Shown in pieces: positions 27,580 to 35,981 of a DNA stretch of 64,000 nucleotides (position 1 is its first letter; every line of letters begins with the position of its first letter). The DNA is from Polyangiales bacterium (GTDB lineage: Bacteria; Myxococcota_A; Polyangia; Polyangiales; Polyangiaceae), in assembly GCA_038230375.1 (NCBI GenBank), contig JBBRNJ010000006.1, forward strand, positions 96,001 through 160,000. Reading direction: 5' to 3'. Made by a program: the position numbers and the translations under genes. The notes beneath the pieces were generated by a model. It worked only from the letters and a program-made list of their open reading frames with translations. It ran no database searches and had not been told where the DNA came from.

Positions 27580-27592
27580 TCTCGTGAGCGTA

Positions 27593-28675
27593 TCAGAAGT
27601 CCAACGCGAACGAGGCGGATGCGCCGTGAGGAGTCACGCCGGCCGACACGCGCGGCGCGCCTTCCTTGCCGTTGCTGCTCGACCAGCGCGTGAAGGCGAG
27701 CGCGATGACGGCGGTCGTGATGCCGACAGCGGCGGTCGCCCCACCGAGCACATACGTGATGGTCTGCTCGTCCTTGCCCTTTTTCGCCGTATCCGAGCAT
27801 CCCGAGGCTGCGAGCTGATTGCAGCCGTCCTTCGTGAACTTCGAGTGGATGTCGTTCGTGTCGATGGCGACGGCGGCCGTGAGTCCACCGAGGACCACGG
27901 TGGTGCCGAGGCCGATCCAGACGAAGGTCGGAGAAAGGCCGGAGTCAGAGGAAGGGCGAGGTGTCGGGGTCGGGGTCGAGGTCGGGGTCGAGGTCGGGGT
28001 CGAGGTCGAGGTCGAGGTCGGGGTCGAGGTCGAGGTCGGGGTCGAGGTCGACGTCGGGGTCGGGGTCGAGGTCGACGTCGGGGTTGGAGTCGGGGTCGGA
28101 GTCGGAGCTGGCGCTGGGGGGGCCACGTCCTGTTGCGCGTCGGCCTTCAGATCGATCAGGCGCTGGTGGGTGTCGTTGCCGACCTGGATGACGACGGTGT
28201 GCTGGCCCGCGCTTGCCCATGTGAGCTTGCCGATCGGGAGCGGCTTTCCGTCCAGCGTCGCGAGGCACGACGTGGGAGCTGGCGTGCCGGTATCGTTGCA
28301 TACTGCACGCAATTGGCCGGCGCGGTGCGCGAAGGCGGCGCGTGCCTTGGTGAGGCTCGCGTCCAGTGCGGGTGTGGTGGCGCCCCGCTTCGCGCGCTCG
28401 ATGAGCTCGGTGCCCAGGCCCGGCGTGTCGGCCTTGATCGCCTCGTCGAGCGCGGCCTGCAACGCGACGGGGCTCGGTGCGATCTCGTCCGCGGTCGCGT
28501 ACTCGGCGGCGGCGGTGGCGAAGTCGCCTCGCTGGTGCGCCGCGGTGCCGCGATCGTAGGCGTCACGCGCGCGCGTCTTGTCGTTCGCGCCCTCCGCGCT
28601 GGCGAGGCGCGGGCCGACAACGAAGGAAAGCGCCACGGCCACGGCGATTCCACGAAAGAGGGGCGCAACTCGCAT
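27593..28675 (-). CDS. Secreted TPR/PEGA-like protein with Pro-Thr linker and C-terminal hydrophobic segments (typical kinase-partner protein)
   Basis: Signal peptide; AYDRG..A...GDF..AA TPR-like helix; PTPTST repeat; start uncertain (28675 or 28699). Confidence 0.75.
   Translation of the reverse strand: MRVAPLFRGIAVAVALSFVVGPRLASAEGANDKTRARDAYDRGTAAHQRGDFATAAAEYATADEIAPSPVALQAALDEAIKADTPGLGTELIERAKRGATTPALDASLTKARAAFAHRAGQLRAVCNDTGTPAPTSCLATLDGKPLPIGKLTWASAGQHTVVIQVGNDTHQRLIDLKADAQQDVAPPAPAPTPTPTPTPTSTSTPTPTSTSTPTSTSTPTSTSTSTPTSTPTSTPTPTPRPSSDSGLSPTFVWIGLGTTVVLGGLTAAVAIDTNDIHSKFTKDGCNQLAASGCSDTAKKGKDEQTITYVLGGATAAVGITTAVIALAFTRWSSSNGKEGAPRVSAGVTPHGASASFALDF
27961..28107. repeat. Hexamer microsatellite (GTCGGG/GTCGAG)n encoding the Pro-Thr/Ser-Thr linker
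   Basis: About 20 imperfect hexamer units visible directly. Confidence 0.9.
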
Positions 28676-28800
28676 CAGCCCATGAGGGTAAACCGGCATC
28701 GCGGCGCTGTATACCGCGCGCACCACCGCTGGTTCGCGCGGCCGTGTGGATGTATACAGAGGCGTGATTCAGGGCAAGGCGTGAGCCGGGCCGCATCCAC

Positions 28801-28882
28801 ACACGGGTGGCGAAATTGGCATACGCAGCGGATTTAGGTTCCGCCGCCGCAAGGCATAGGGGTTCAAGTCCCCTCCCGTGTA
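28801..28882 (+). tRNA. tRNA-Leu (anticodon TAG), CCA not encoded
   Basis: Acceptor stem ACACGGG/CCCGTGT; D-arm TGGCGAAATTGGCATACGCA; anticodon arm GCGGA-TTTAGGT-TCCGC; long variable arm GCCGCAAGGC; T-arm AGGGG-TTCAAGT-CCCCT. Confidence 0.95.
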
Positions 28883-28930
28883 CTCACTTCGTTCGTAGAC
28901 AGAAGATTCGTACTTCCGTCGAGGCTACCT

Positions 28931-31297
28931 TCACGGAGGAGGGGTGGCGAGCCACTTTGCTGCGAGTCCCTCGCGCTGCCGATCCACGATCGCGTTCGCA
29001 CGAACGATCTTTCCATCGAGACGAAGCGTCGTCGATGCGAGAGCGTCTCCTGTCGCTGCACCTGCGCGGACGTCGAACGTTCCGTCGCTCGCGATCGCGA
29101 GCGTGCCCCATCCGTCACCGACAGGAACGCGCTCGAGATCGAGCCATGAACCGTTGGTACGCAGGAAGAAGACCCCGCTGACGCCAGGAAACGCGCTGAA
29201 TCGCCCGTCGGGCGCGGTGCATCCTTCTGTGTTGGAAGGATTGCCGTAGTGCATGTGGTGCGGAGGTGGCGCAACGACCTTCTTGCCCGTCGCCATCTCG
29301 ACGAGCGCTCCGTCCTCTGCGACCCATCCTTCACGCAGCACCACGGCGCCGTGCGAGAGCGAGAACGGGAGCGTGCCCTCCTTCTTGCCCGTCGCCGTCG
29401 TCCATACGTCGGTCGGTCGTTCCATCATGAGCGTGCTGGTGTCGTTGGTCGCGATCGTGAGGAGCTTCGCGCCGTCGACGGAGAACGCGATCACAGGAAC
29501 AGAGCTGAACAAGTCGTGACCGGCAGGGGCGCTCGCGATGGTGCGGAGCTTCGCGCCGCTCTTCGCGTCGAAGAGATTGACCCCTCCCTTCTCGAGCGAG
29601 ACGGCGACGACGTCGCTCGCGCGTGACCACGCGGCGACCGATCCTTTGTCGATCTCCACGCCCGCGAGGCGCGCCGTGATCTTGCCCGTCCTCGCGTCGA
29701 AAATGCGTGCTTGCTCCTTCTCTGCACCGATCGAGCCCAGACCCGCCGATTTGCGCGCGTTCGGGTCGCGCCATTGTGGAAGACCGACGAAGTTTCGTCC
29801 GTCCGGAGAGGCGCGGAGCTCTCCCGACGGGGTACCGCCCTCGAACGTGACGACGCGGGATTCGCCGGTCGCAAGCTCCACGTCGCGGAGCTCACTCGTG
29901 CGGTCCACGTAGAACGAAGCTCGCGTTCCGTCGGCACTCACCGCGAGGGGCGAATTCCGTCGTCCAGCTGGAGGTGGAGCGCTGGGAAGAACGATGAGCT
30001 CGCCGGCATCGATCTTCACGTACGCGAGTCCGAGCTCGGTATCAGCGACGACAACGACACGCCCATCCTTGCTGCATGCTACCGACGCGTCGCTCGCCAT
30101 CGTGTCCGAGATTCGCCTCACCGGCCGCAGCGTCAAGGCGTCGTACACGGCGACGCCTTTGCTTCCGACGACGAGCTCCTTGGCATCGCCGGTCCACGCG
30201 ACGGAAAAGAGGTTGTCGCGCGTCGGGCCGAACGCCTTCCACCCGTTCGAATCAACGTCGACGATGTACGACGAGCCGGAGCCCAGTACCGCGAGGCGTT
30301 TGCCGTCCGCGCTCCAGGCGAGCCCTTCAAGGCGCGTCACACGGCTGGGACCTGCATCGGGACGATCAGCGAGGTCGCTCGATGCGTCGGGAACGAGGGT
30401 CGCCGTCACCGCTCCCTTCGCGACGTCGATGATCGTGATCGCTGCATGATGGGAGACGTTTCGAAGGAGGGCGAGGCGACGCCCTTCGGGATCGAGCTCC
30501 TGGTCGAGCACGATGTTCGTCGAGTCGCCTGCGACTGTCGTCTTCAGCGCACCGGTGGTCCCGTCGTACAGCGAGACGCCGTTGGTCCGGCTCACTGCCA
30601 CGGCGATCGTCTTTTCGTCCTGGCTCCACACGAGGTGAGAGCCGAGCGCGGGGAGCGTGAAGCGTGGCGTCACCGCGCCGGTAGCGAGCGCGATCGAGGA
30701 AACGCGTCCGTCAGAGAGCGACCACATGACGCTTGCGTCGTCGCGTGACCACGTGAAGCCACCGACGACACCGTCCATCGTCTGGGACCGTTCCGTCGGC
30801 GTCTCCTGCAGCGTCGCGCGCCATACGAGCTCGGGTTCCGGTCTGGTGACGTCGAAGATCAAGAGGTCGCGGCCCGCGGCGAGCGCGAGGTGCTTGCTGT
30901 CGTGGCTGAAGATCGCGCGACGCTTGTCGGAGAGCGGTGCGTTCAGGGTGGTCACGTGGGCGCCGGTCGCGCGCTCGTACAGCATCGCCTTGCCATAGCC
31001 ACCCCAGGTGACGATCCACTTTCCGTCAGGGCTCGTCGCCGCGTGGACAAGGCCCTCGCCCTGGAGATCCGTGTCGAGCGTGCGATGAGGCGCGTTCGCG
31101 TCGAAGGCATCCTGATCGTCGGGTAGCGTGGAATACGTGCGCGCGACGATGATCGACTTGCTCGCGCCGTTCCCGCCGTCCGCTGCCGCGTCGCCGGCGT
31201 TCGTCCCAGCGCCGTCGCGCGCGCACGTCTGGGCGCAGGCGCCGAGCGTCGCGAGCGCGAGGATGGAGAGGCCAGGGACGAAGAGAGCGCGTCTCAT
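28931..31297 (-). CDS. WD40/beta-propeller repeat lipoprotein
   Basis: Lipobox LATLGAC; repeated SPDG/WSxD/FSxDG blades. Start ATG 31297. Confidence 0.85.
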   Translation of the reverse strand: MRRALFVPGLSILALATLGACAQTCARDGAGTNAGDAAADGGNGASKSIIVARTYSTLPDDQDAFDANAPHRTLDTDLQGEGLVHAATSPDGKWIVTWGGYGKAMLYERATGAHVTTLNAPLSDKRRAIFSHDSKHLALAAGRDLLIFDVTRPEPELVWRATLQETPTERSQTMDGVVGGFTWSRDDASVMWSLSDGRVSSIALATGAVTPRFTLPALGSHLVWSQDEKTIAVAVSRTNGVSLYDGTTGALKTTVAGDSTNIVLDQELDPEGRRLALLRNVSHHAAITIIDVAKGAVTATLVPDASSDLADRPDAGPSRVTRLEGLAWSADGKRLAVLGSGSSYIVDVDSNGWKAFGPTRDNLFSVAWTGDAKELVVGSKGVAVYDALTLRPVRRISDTMASDASVACSKDGRVVVVADTELGLAYVKIDAGELIVLPSAPPPAGRRNSPLAVSADGTRASFYVDRTSELRDVELATGESRVVTFEGGTPSGELRASPDGRNFVGLPQWRDPNARKSAGLGSIGAEKEQARIFDARTGKITARLAGVEIDKGSVAAWSRASDVVAVSLEKGGVNLFDAKSGAKLRTIASAPAGHDLFSSVPVIAFSVDGAKLLTIATNDTSTLMMERPTDVWTTATGKKEGTLPFSLSHGAVVLREGWVAEDGALVEMATGKKVVAPPPHHMHYGNPSNTEGCTAPDGRFSAFPGVSGVFFLRTNGSWLDLERVPVGDGWGTLAIASDGTFDVRAGAATGDALASTTLRLDGKIVRANAIVDRQREGLAAKWLATPPP

Positions 31298-31391
31298 GTC
31301 CGGCAAGGCACGCGCTCGGCGAGCTTTTTCATGTCGCGGTGATAGTTGATCTTCACCACGCCCCCCGACAAATCGTTCCAAGTTGAATTGC

Positions 31392-32009
31392 CTAGAAGCT
31401 ACCCATGACGAAGAGGCCGGCACTCTGCGGCGACGCGGCCGGCACGACGCGCACGGGCGTCGTGTACCAGTAGAAGGTGGTCGCGATGGCGGTGGCAAGA
31501 CCGACGACGCCAAGGCCATAGCCGAAGTACGAGCCCGCAAGCGCCGACCTGTGATCGCTCCGGGCGCTCGAGAGATCGCTGCATGCGCTCGGCAGTGGTG
31601 TGCCCCTGCACGCCGCGGCTGCACCGAGCTTCGCGTTCGCGACCTGGATGCGGTCGTCCGCGTCGATCGCAGCATTGGACGTGAGGACACCGACGATGAT
31701 GCCGGTGACGCCAACGACCGCGAGTCCCGCGGTGATGCCGACGCGCGTGCCGGTCCACGTTCGCTCCTCGCCCACCGGCGCGTCCGTCGGATGATCGGGC
31801 GCGGTGGCCGTGTCTTTCGCAACGGGCTCTGTCGGTGTGGGCTCGACACGCGCTGGCGTCTCCGGCCCGGCGTCACGCGGCTGCACGTCTTCTGCGGGCG
31901 TCGTCCCGGCGTCCTCCAGCGGACCCGCGACGTCGGCGTGCGCGGGGCCCGTCAGCGCCCAGATGCACACGAGGCTCGCCGCACCGAGTTTGATGGATCT
32001 GATGTTCAC
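31392..32009 (-). CDS. Hypothetical secreted/membrane protein resembling the C-terminal module of PEGA-type proteins
   Basis: Signal peptide ending AHA; two hydrophobic segments flanking a Cys pair; ends GLFVMGSF. Confidence 0.65.
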   Translation of the reverse strand: MNIRSIKLGAASLVCIWALTGPAHADVAGPLEDAGTTPAEDVQPRDAGPETPARVEPTPTEPVAKDTATAPDHPTDAPVGEERTWTGTRVGITAGLAVVGVTGIIVGVLTSNAAIDADDRIQVANAKLGAAAACRGTPLPSACSDLSSARSDHRSALAGSYFGYGLGVVGLATAIATTFYWYTTPVRVVPAASPQSAGLFVMGSF

Positions 32010-32146
32010 TTCGTCAGTTGAACCGCTGACCCGTCCGCCGTCAGCGAAATCAGCGGAGCTCACGCAAAACGCTGCAACACATTGTACTTACAACATGAAT
32101 TAGATTGTGGTTGCGTGTCGGTTGGTGTGCGCTAGAGCGTGCGCCG

Positions 32147-32608
32147 ATGAAGCTCCTTCCCCTCGCGTCACTTCTCCTCGTCTCCTCGTTTGCGGTCGCT
32201 TGTGGCGGTGCGCCCGATCCCGCGCCGGCGGAGTCGGCAACGGCGGAGGAAGATCTCACGAAGGCGCTCTCGCATGCTCTCGTCTGCGCCGCCGTCGCAG
32301 CCGCCGACGACTCCAATCAGGGAAGCAATCTCGTCACCATCGCGCAGAGCAAGTTGAAGGGCGACGCGCTGCACGACTTCAAGTCGTGGCAGAAGGGGAT
32401 GGTCGCCGACTATCCGTCCGCCGCATACGAGCTCCCCGTGAAGCTCAATGGCCACACGTACACGTTCTGGCTCGTCGTCGAGATGAACGACGGCGGTGGC
32501 TCGCAAGGCGTCTACCGCACGACGAACGGCGCCACGGTGTCGATCGAGTCGGGCGGCGAGAGCGCCGACCTCTCGTGGACCGCGCCCGCCGACAAGTGCA
32601 ATCCCTGA
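32147..32608 (+). CDS. Hypothetical lipoprotein
   Basis: MKLLPLASLLLVSSFAVAC lipobox; EEDLT motif common in myxobacterial lipoproteins. Confidence 0.75.
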   Translation: MKLLPLASLLLVSSFAVACGGAPDPAPAESATAEEDLTKALSHALVCAAVAAADDSNQGSNLVTIAQSKLKGDALHDFKSWQKGMVADYPSAAYELPVKLNGHTYTFWLVVEMNDGGGSQGVYRTTNGATVSIESGGESADLSWTAPADKCNP

Positions 32609-32618
32609 GGTGAGCGCC

Positions 32619-33173
32619 TCACGCGCGCGGGTATAGCCGCGGGATGTGCTGCGGGCAGTTCTCGTCCCAGGCGGTGACGTGGATGACCAGCGCTCGCTCC
32701 GCGCGCGCATCGTAGCCTTCGGGGAAGAGCCGCGCGACGAGCTCCGGATCGTCCTCCACCACCTTCGCCTCGCCCCAGATCTTCACGCGCCGCCGGTTTG
32801 CGTAGTCGATGAGAAACAGGTGCACCTTCGGGTTGTCTTCGAGGTTGCCGATGGAGATGTACTGCTTGTTCCCGCGGAAGTCGGCGAACGCCAGCGTCTG
32901 CGGGTCGAGCACGCGAAGGAAGCCCGGCGGTCCGCCGCGGTGCTGGATGTAGGGCTGGCCCTCTGCGTTGGCGGTCGCCAGGAAGAAGCTCTGCTGCTCA
33001 GCGATGAACGCTGCGAGCTCGGGGAGGATCTCCGTCTCCCACCCTCCGCTCTCCTCCATGCGTGCGTACGCCTTGCGCGACCCCATTCTGGTCTGGATGG
33101 CTTTCACGGTGTCCGTGAACGCAACGTCGCTCGACACGCCCTTCGTGCTCGCCATGATCGTCTCCATCTGCAC
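32619..33173 (-). CDS. Pyridoxamine 5'-phosphate oxidase-like FMN-binding protein
   Basis: FFLATA...PYIQHRGGPPGFL, FADFRGNKQY.S.GNL, RVKIWG, WDENCPQHI. Confidence 0.9.
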   Translation of the reverse strand: MQMETIMASTKGVSSDVAFTDTVKAIQTRMGSRKAYARMEESGGWETEILPELAAFIAEQQSFFLATANAEGQPYIQHRGGPPGFLRVLDPQTLAFADFRGNKQYISIGNLEDNPKVHLFLIDYANRRRVKIWGEAKVVEDDPELVARLFPEGYDARAERALVIHVTAWDENCPQHIPRLYPRA

Positions 33174-33348
33174 CGATCATGCGGCCGCGGAGGGTCTGCA
33201 GCAATGGGGCTAAATAGACCTACACCATTGCAAATGATGAAATAATGCGGACCTTGACACCCACGACTCCGTCTGGGACCAATGGCGGCACCACAGGAGC
33301 CTTACCCATGAAATATGCAGCGCTCGGACTCTTCCTCTTCGCGACGCG

Positions 33349-33699
33349 ATGCGGGTCCGCGCCACTACACCCGAGCGTGCGCGACAGCTCGCCGCGTCGT
33401 TCCGCAGCAGCGCGCAGGACAGCCGGAGCATCGGTCTCGTATTGCACGCAGACGACGTGACCCAGATGGACGCAGTCGCGCCCGAGCTCGTGTCCGCATG
33501 GAACCGACACGAGGTGCTTCGCGAGCTGCATCGCAGCGAGGAGACGCGGAGCGTTTTGCAGAGCGAGCCGCGCGTGCTCCTGGATCCCACCGACGTCCTG
33601 GTGCTGCCACGCCTCGAAGCCATCGTCGACCTGTCACGATTTCGCGCGGAGGTGGCCAGACTCGCCGTGGGAGCGACCACGCGCGAGGCCGCGCGCTGA
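33349..33699 (+). CDS. Hypothetical protein or gene fragment
   Basis: 116 aa ORF; frame is open from 33241 with no upstream start codon; no recognisable motif. Confidence 0.3.
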   Translation: MRVRATTPERARQLAASFRSSAQDSRSIGLVLHADDVTQMDAVAPELVSAWNRHEVLRELHRSEETRSVLQSEPRVLLDPTDVLVLPRLEAIVDLSRFRAEVARLAVGATTREAAR

Positions 33700-33720
33700 G
33701 ATTCATGTACGCTGGGCGCG

Positions 33721-34737
33721 ATGGGCCTTCGTGCGCGCCCGGCGCGCCTTGCTCGCTTCGCCGTTCTCGTCGCGCTGTTTTCGTGCGCGCGCTCGGCCCG
33801 CGCCGAGCCCGTCAGGCACGTGGAGCTCTCATGGACCCAGGCGGACCCACGCTGCATAGGGCAAGAAGATCTGTCGGCGGCCGTGGAGCGGACGCTGGGC
33901 CGTGCCGTGTTTCACGGCGGTGCTGCGGGCTCACCGAAGATCGATGGTGCGATCACGAAACGCCTCCTGGGCACGCGTGAGCACTGGGAGGCGCGTGTCC
34001 GCCTCACCGACGCGACGGGCAAGGCGCTGACGGAGCGCACACTCGACACCGAGGGTGACTGCAAGCGCCTGGACGAGTCGATAGCCGTCGTCATCACGCT
34101 CATGGTCGACGGACTCGAGGAGGCACCGTCACCGCTGCGCGTGCAGCCCGACGCACCGCGGCCCGTCGCTCCACCACCCATTCCAGAGTCACCGTCTCCG
34201 ACCAGCGCCACGGATGTGCCAGTGCTCTCGTTGGGTGCCGCTGCCGGGCTCTCCTCCTCGCTCTTGCCGGGCACGGTGGGCGCCGCCGTGTTGCGTGGTG
34301 AGGTCGCGTCTCCCCGCTTCGTACCGATCGCAGTCACGGCGCGGACGTTCGCGTCGTCGGACGCGACCATCGGCGGCGCGGGCGGTTCGTTCTCCGCATG
34401 GGATGTCGAGCTCGCGGCCTGCCCACGATGGCAACGCGAGAACGCAGCCCTTGGAGGATGCGCAGGCATCGGGGCCGGCGCGCTCTCCGGGCACTCGCTC
34501 GGTCTCGCCTCTGGGCAGGGCCGCATCCGCCCGCTGGTGGTGGTCCCAGTCCTCCTTCAAGGTGCGCTCCGCGTCTACGGGCCGCTCTGGCTCCGCGCGG
34601 AGGCGGGCATCCTGGTCCCGCTGTTGCGCGAACGCTGGGGATTTCGCGATACGGGCGGCGCGTACGTCCCCGTCTTCCAGCCCGACGCCGTGGCTCCGAC
34701 GGGCAGCCTGGGCCTGGAGCTCCGGACCGGTTCATAA
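33721..34737 (+). CDS. Secreted hypothetical protein (likely C-terminal beta-strand/barrel domain), first gene of an ECF cassette
   Basis: Signal peptide ending ARA; Pro-rich linker; alternating beta-strand pattern at the C-terminus; TAATG overlap with the sigma gene. Confidence 0.7.
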   Translation: MGLRARPARLARFAVLVALFSCARSARAEPVRHVELSWTQADPRCIGQEDLSAAVERTLGRAVFHGGAAGSPKIDGAITKRLLGTREHWEARVRLTDATGKALTERTLDTEGDCKRLDESIAVVITLMVDGLEEAPSPLRVQPDAPRPVAPPPIPESPSPTSATDVPVLSLGAAAGLSSSLLPGTVGAAVLRGEVASPRFVPIAVTARTFASSDATIGGAGGSFSAWDVELAACPRWQRENAALGGCAGIGAGALSGHSLGLASGQGRIRPLVVVPVLLQGALRVYGPLWLRAEAGILVPLLRERWGFRDTGGAYVPVFQPDAVAPTGSLGLELRTGS

Positions 34738-35270
34738 TGGGCGGCTCCGGCGGACATCGAGGAGAGCGTGACCCTTTTCAGCGGCCAGAGTTCGAGCGCG
34801 TGTTCACCGAGGAGGCGGCCTATGTCGGCCGCACGCTCCGCTACCTTGGCGTCCACGACGCGCACGTGGAGGACCTTGCCCAGGAGGTCTTCCTGGTCGT
34901 CCACCGCCGACTCTCCGAGTTCGACGGCGGGTCGCTGCGGGCATGGGTCCGCCAGATCTGCGTGCATACTGCAAGTAATTACCGGAGGAGCATCCGCCGC
35001 AGACCGGAGGACGCCGTGGCCGAGCCCGACTCCGCGATCCCCGCGCCTCAGCACGAGGAGGCGGAGAGCGCGCAGGTGCGGGGCCGTCTGCTCCACGCGC
35101 TCGATGCGCTTCCGGACGATCAGCGCGCCGTGTTCGTGCTCTTCGAGATCGAGGGGCTCACCATGAGCGAGACCGCCGTTGCCGCGGGCTGTCCCCTGCA
35201 GACCGCGTACTCGCGCCTCTACTCTGCGCGGAGCAAGCTGCAGGACGTGCTGAAAGGCGTGTCGTCATGA
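34737..35270 (+). CDS. ECF RNA polymerase sigma factor
   Basis: EDLAQEVFLVVHRRL..F, LRAWV; LDALPDDQRAVFVLFEIEGL...E.A......TAYSRL..AR. Confidence 0.92.
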   Translation: MGGSGGHRGERDPFQRPEFERVFTEEAAYVGRTLRYLGVHDAHVEDLAQEVFLVVHRRLSEFDGGSLRAWVRQICVHTASNYRRSIRRRPEDAVAEPDSAIPAPQHEEAESAQVRGRLLHALDALPDDQRAVFVLFEIEGLTMSETAVAAGCPLQTAYSRLYSARSKLQDVLKGVSS

Positions 35271-35908
35271 CGCAGGAAGATCCGCCGCGCCTGTTCGACC
35301 TGGAGGGCGGCACGGACGCAAGCTCGGAGCTCGGGCGCGCGCTCCGTTCTGCGCGCGCGGACGTGCTCTCTCCGGACGCGATCGCGCGCGTGCGGGTCGG
35401 TGTTGCCGCGAAGGCCGCGGCTGCGTCCCCCATCGCGTCCACCGCCGCGACCGCCACGAAGGGCTCTTCGTTCGGTCTGCTCGCCAAGGCTGGGCTCGCG
35501 CTGGTGGTCGTGGGCGCGGGCCTTGGCATCTACGGTCTCTCGCATCGGGAGATCGCCCCCCTCGACGCGCACAAGGAGAGTTCGCCGGTTCCCGCGTTCA
35601 GCAGTGCGTCGCAAGCGCCCGCGCCGACCGCGGACCTTGCGATCCCGGAGCCGCCAGCGTCGGCCCCACCCGCTAAATCCGCGGTGCCGCGCGCGCCCAC
35701 GCGTCCTGCTCCGCAACCGTCGGTGGATGCCGTCGCGCGCGAAGGCGCGATCCTCCTTTCGGCACGCCGCATCCTGGACTCCGATCCGGAGCGCGCGCTC
35801 GGGCTCGTCAAGAAGTGCGAAGCGGACTTCCCGGATAGTCAGCTCGCCCCTGAGCGCGCCCGCATCGCCGCGCAGGCAAGGTCGCGTCTGTCGGGGAGCG
35901 TGAAATAA
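35267..35908 (+). CDS. Putative anti-sigma factor (TM, Pro-rich linker, C-terminal TPR-like helices)
   Basis: ATGA overlap with the sigma gene; TM segment; E..LL..AR..L..DP..AL......FP.SQL..ER tail typical of such partners. Confidence 0.75.
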   Translation: MTQEDPPRLFDLEGGTDASSELGRALRSARADVLSPDAIARVRVGVAAKAAAASPIASTAATATKGSSFGLLAKAGLALVVVGAGLGIYGLSHREIAPLDAHKESSPVPAFSSASQAPAPTADLAIPEPPASAPPAKSAVPRAPTRPAPQPSVDAVAREGAILLSARRILDSDPERALGLVKKCEADFPDSQLAPERARIAAQARSRLSGSVK

Positions 35909-35981
35909 TCTCAGGCAGCTCAGAATTGAAGAACGCGCCGGACATCGATGGGGGCCAGTCCTCGAGTCCGGAGCCAACGCC

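Noticed and set aside
28801..28930. Prophage or integrative element at tRNA-Leu
   Set aside because: No integrase, phage genes or duplicated att sequence seen in the window.
31298..31876. N-terminal extension of the 981 aa WD40 ORF
   Set aside because: It overlaps the separate 31392-32009 gene; the lipoprotein signal begins at ATG 31297.
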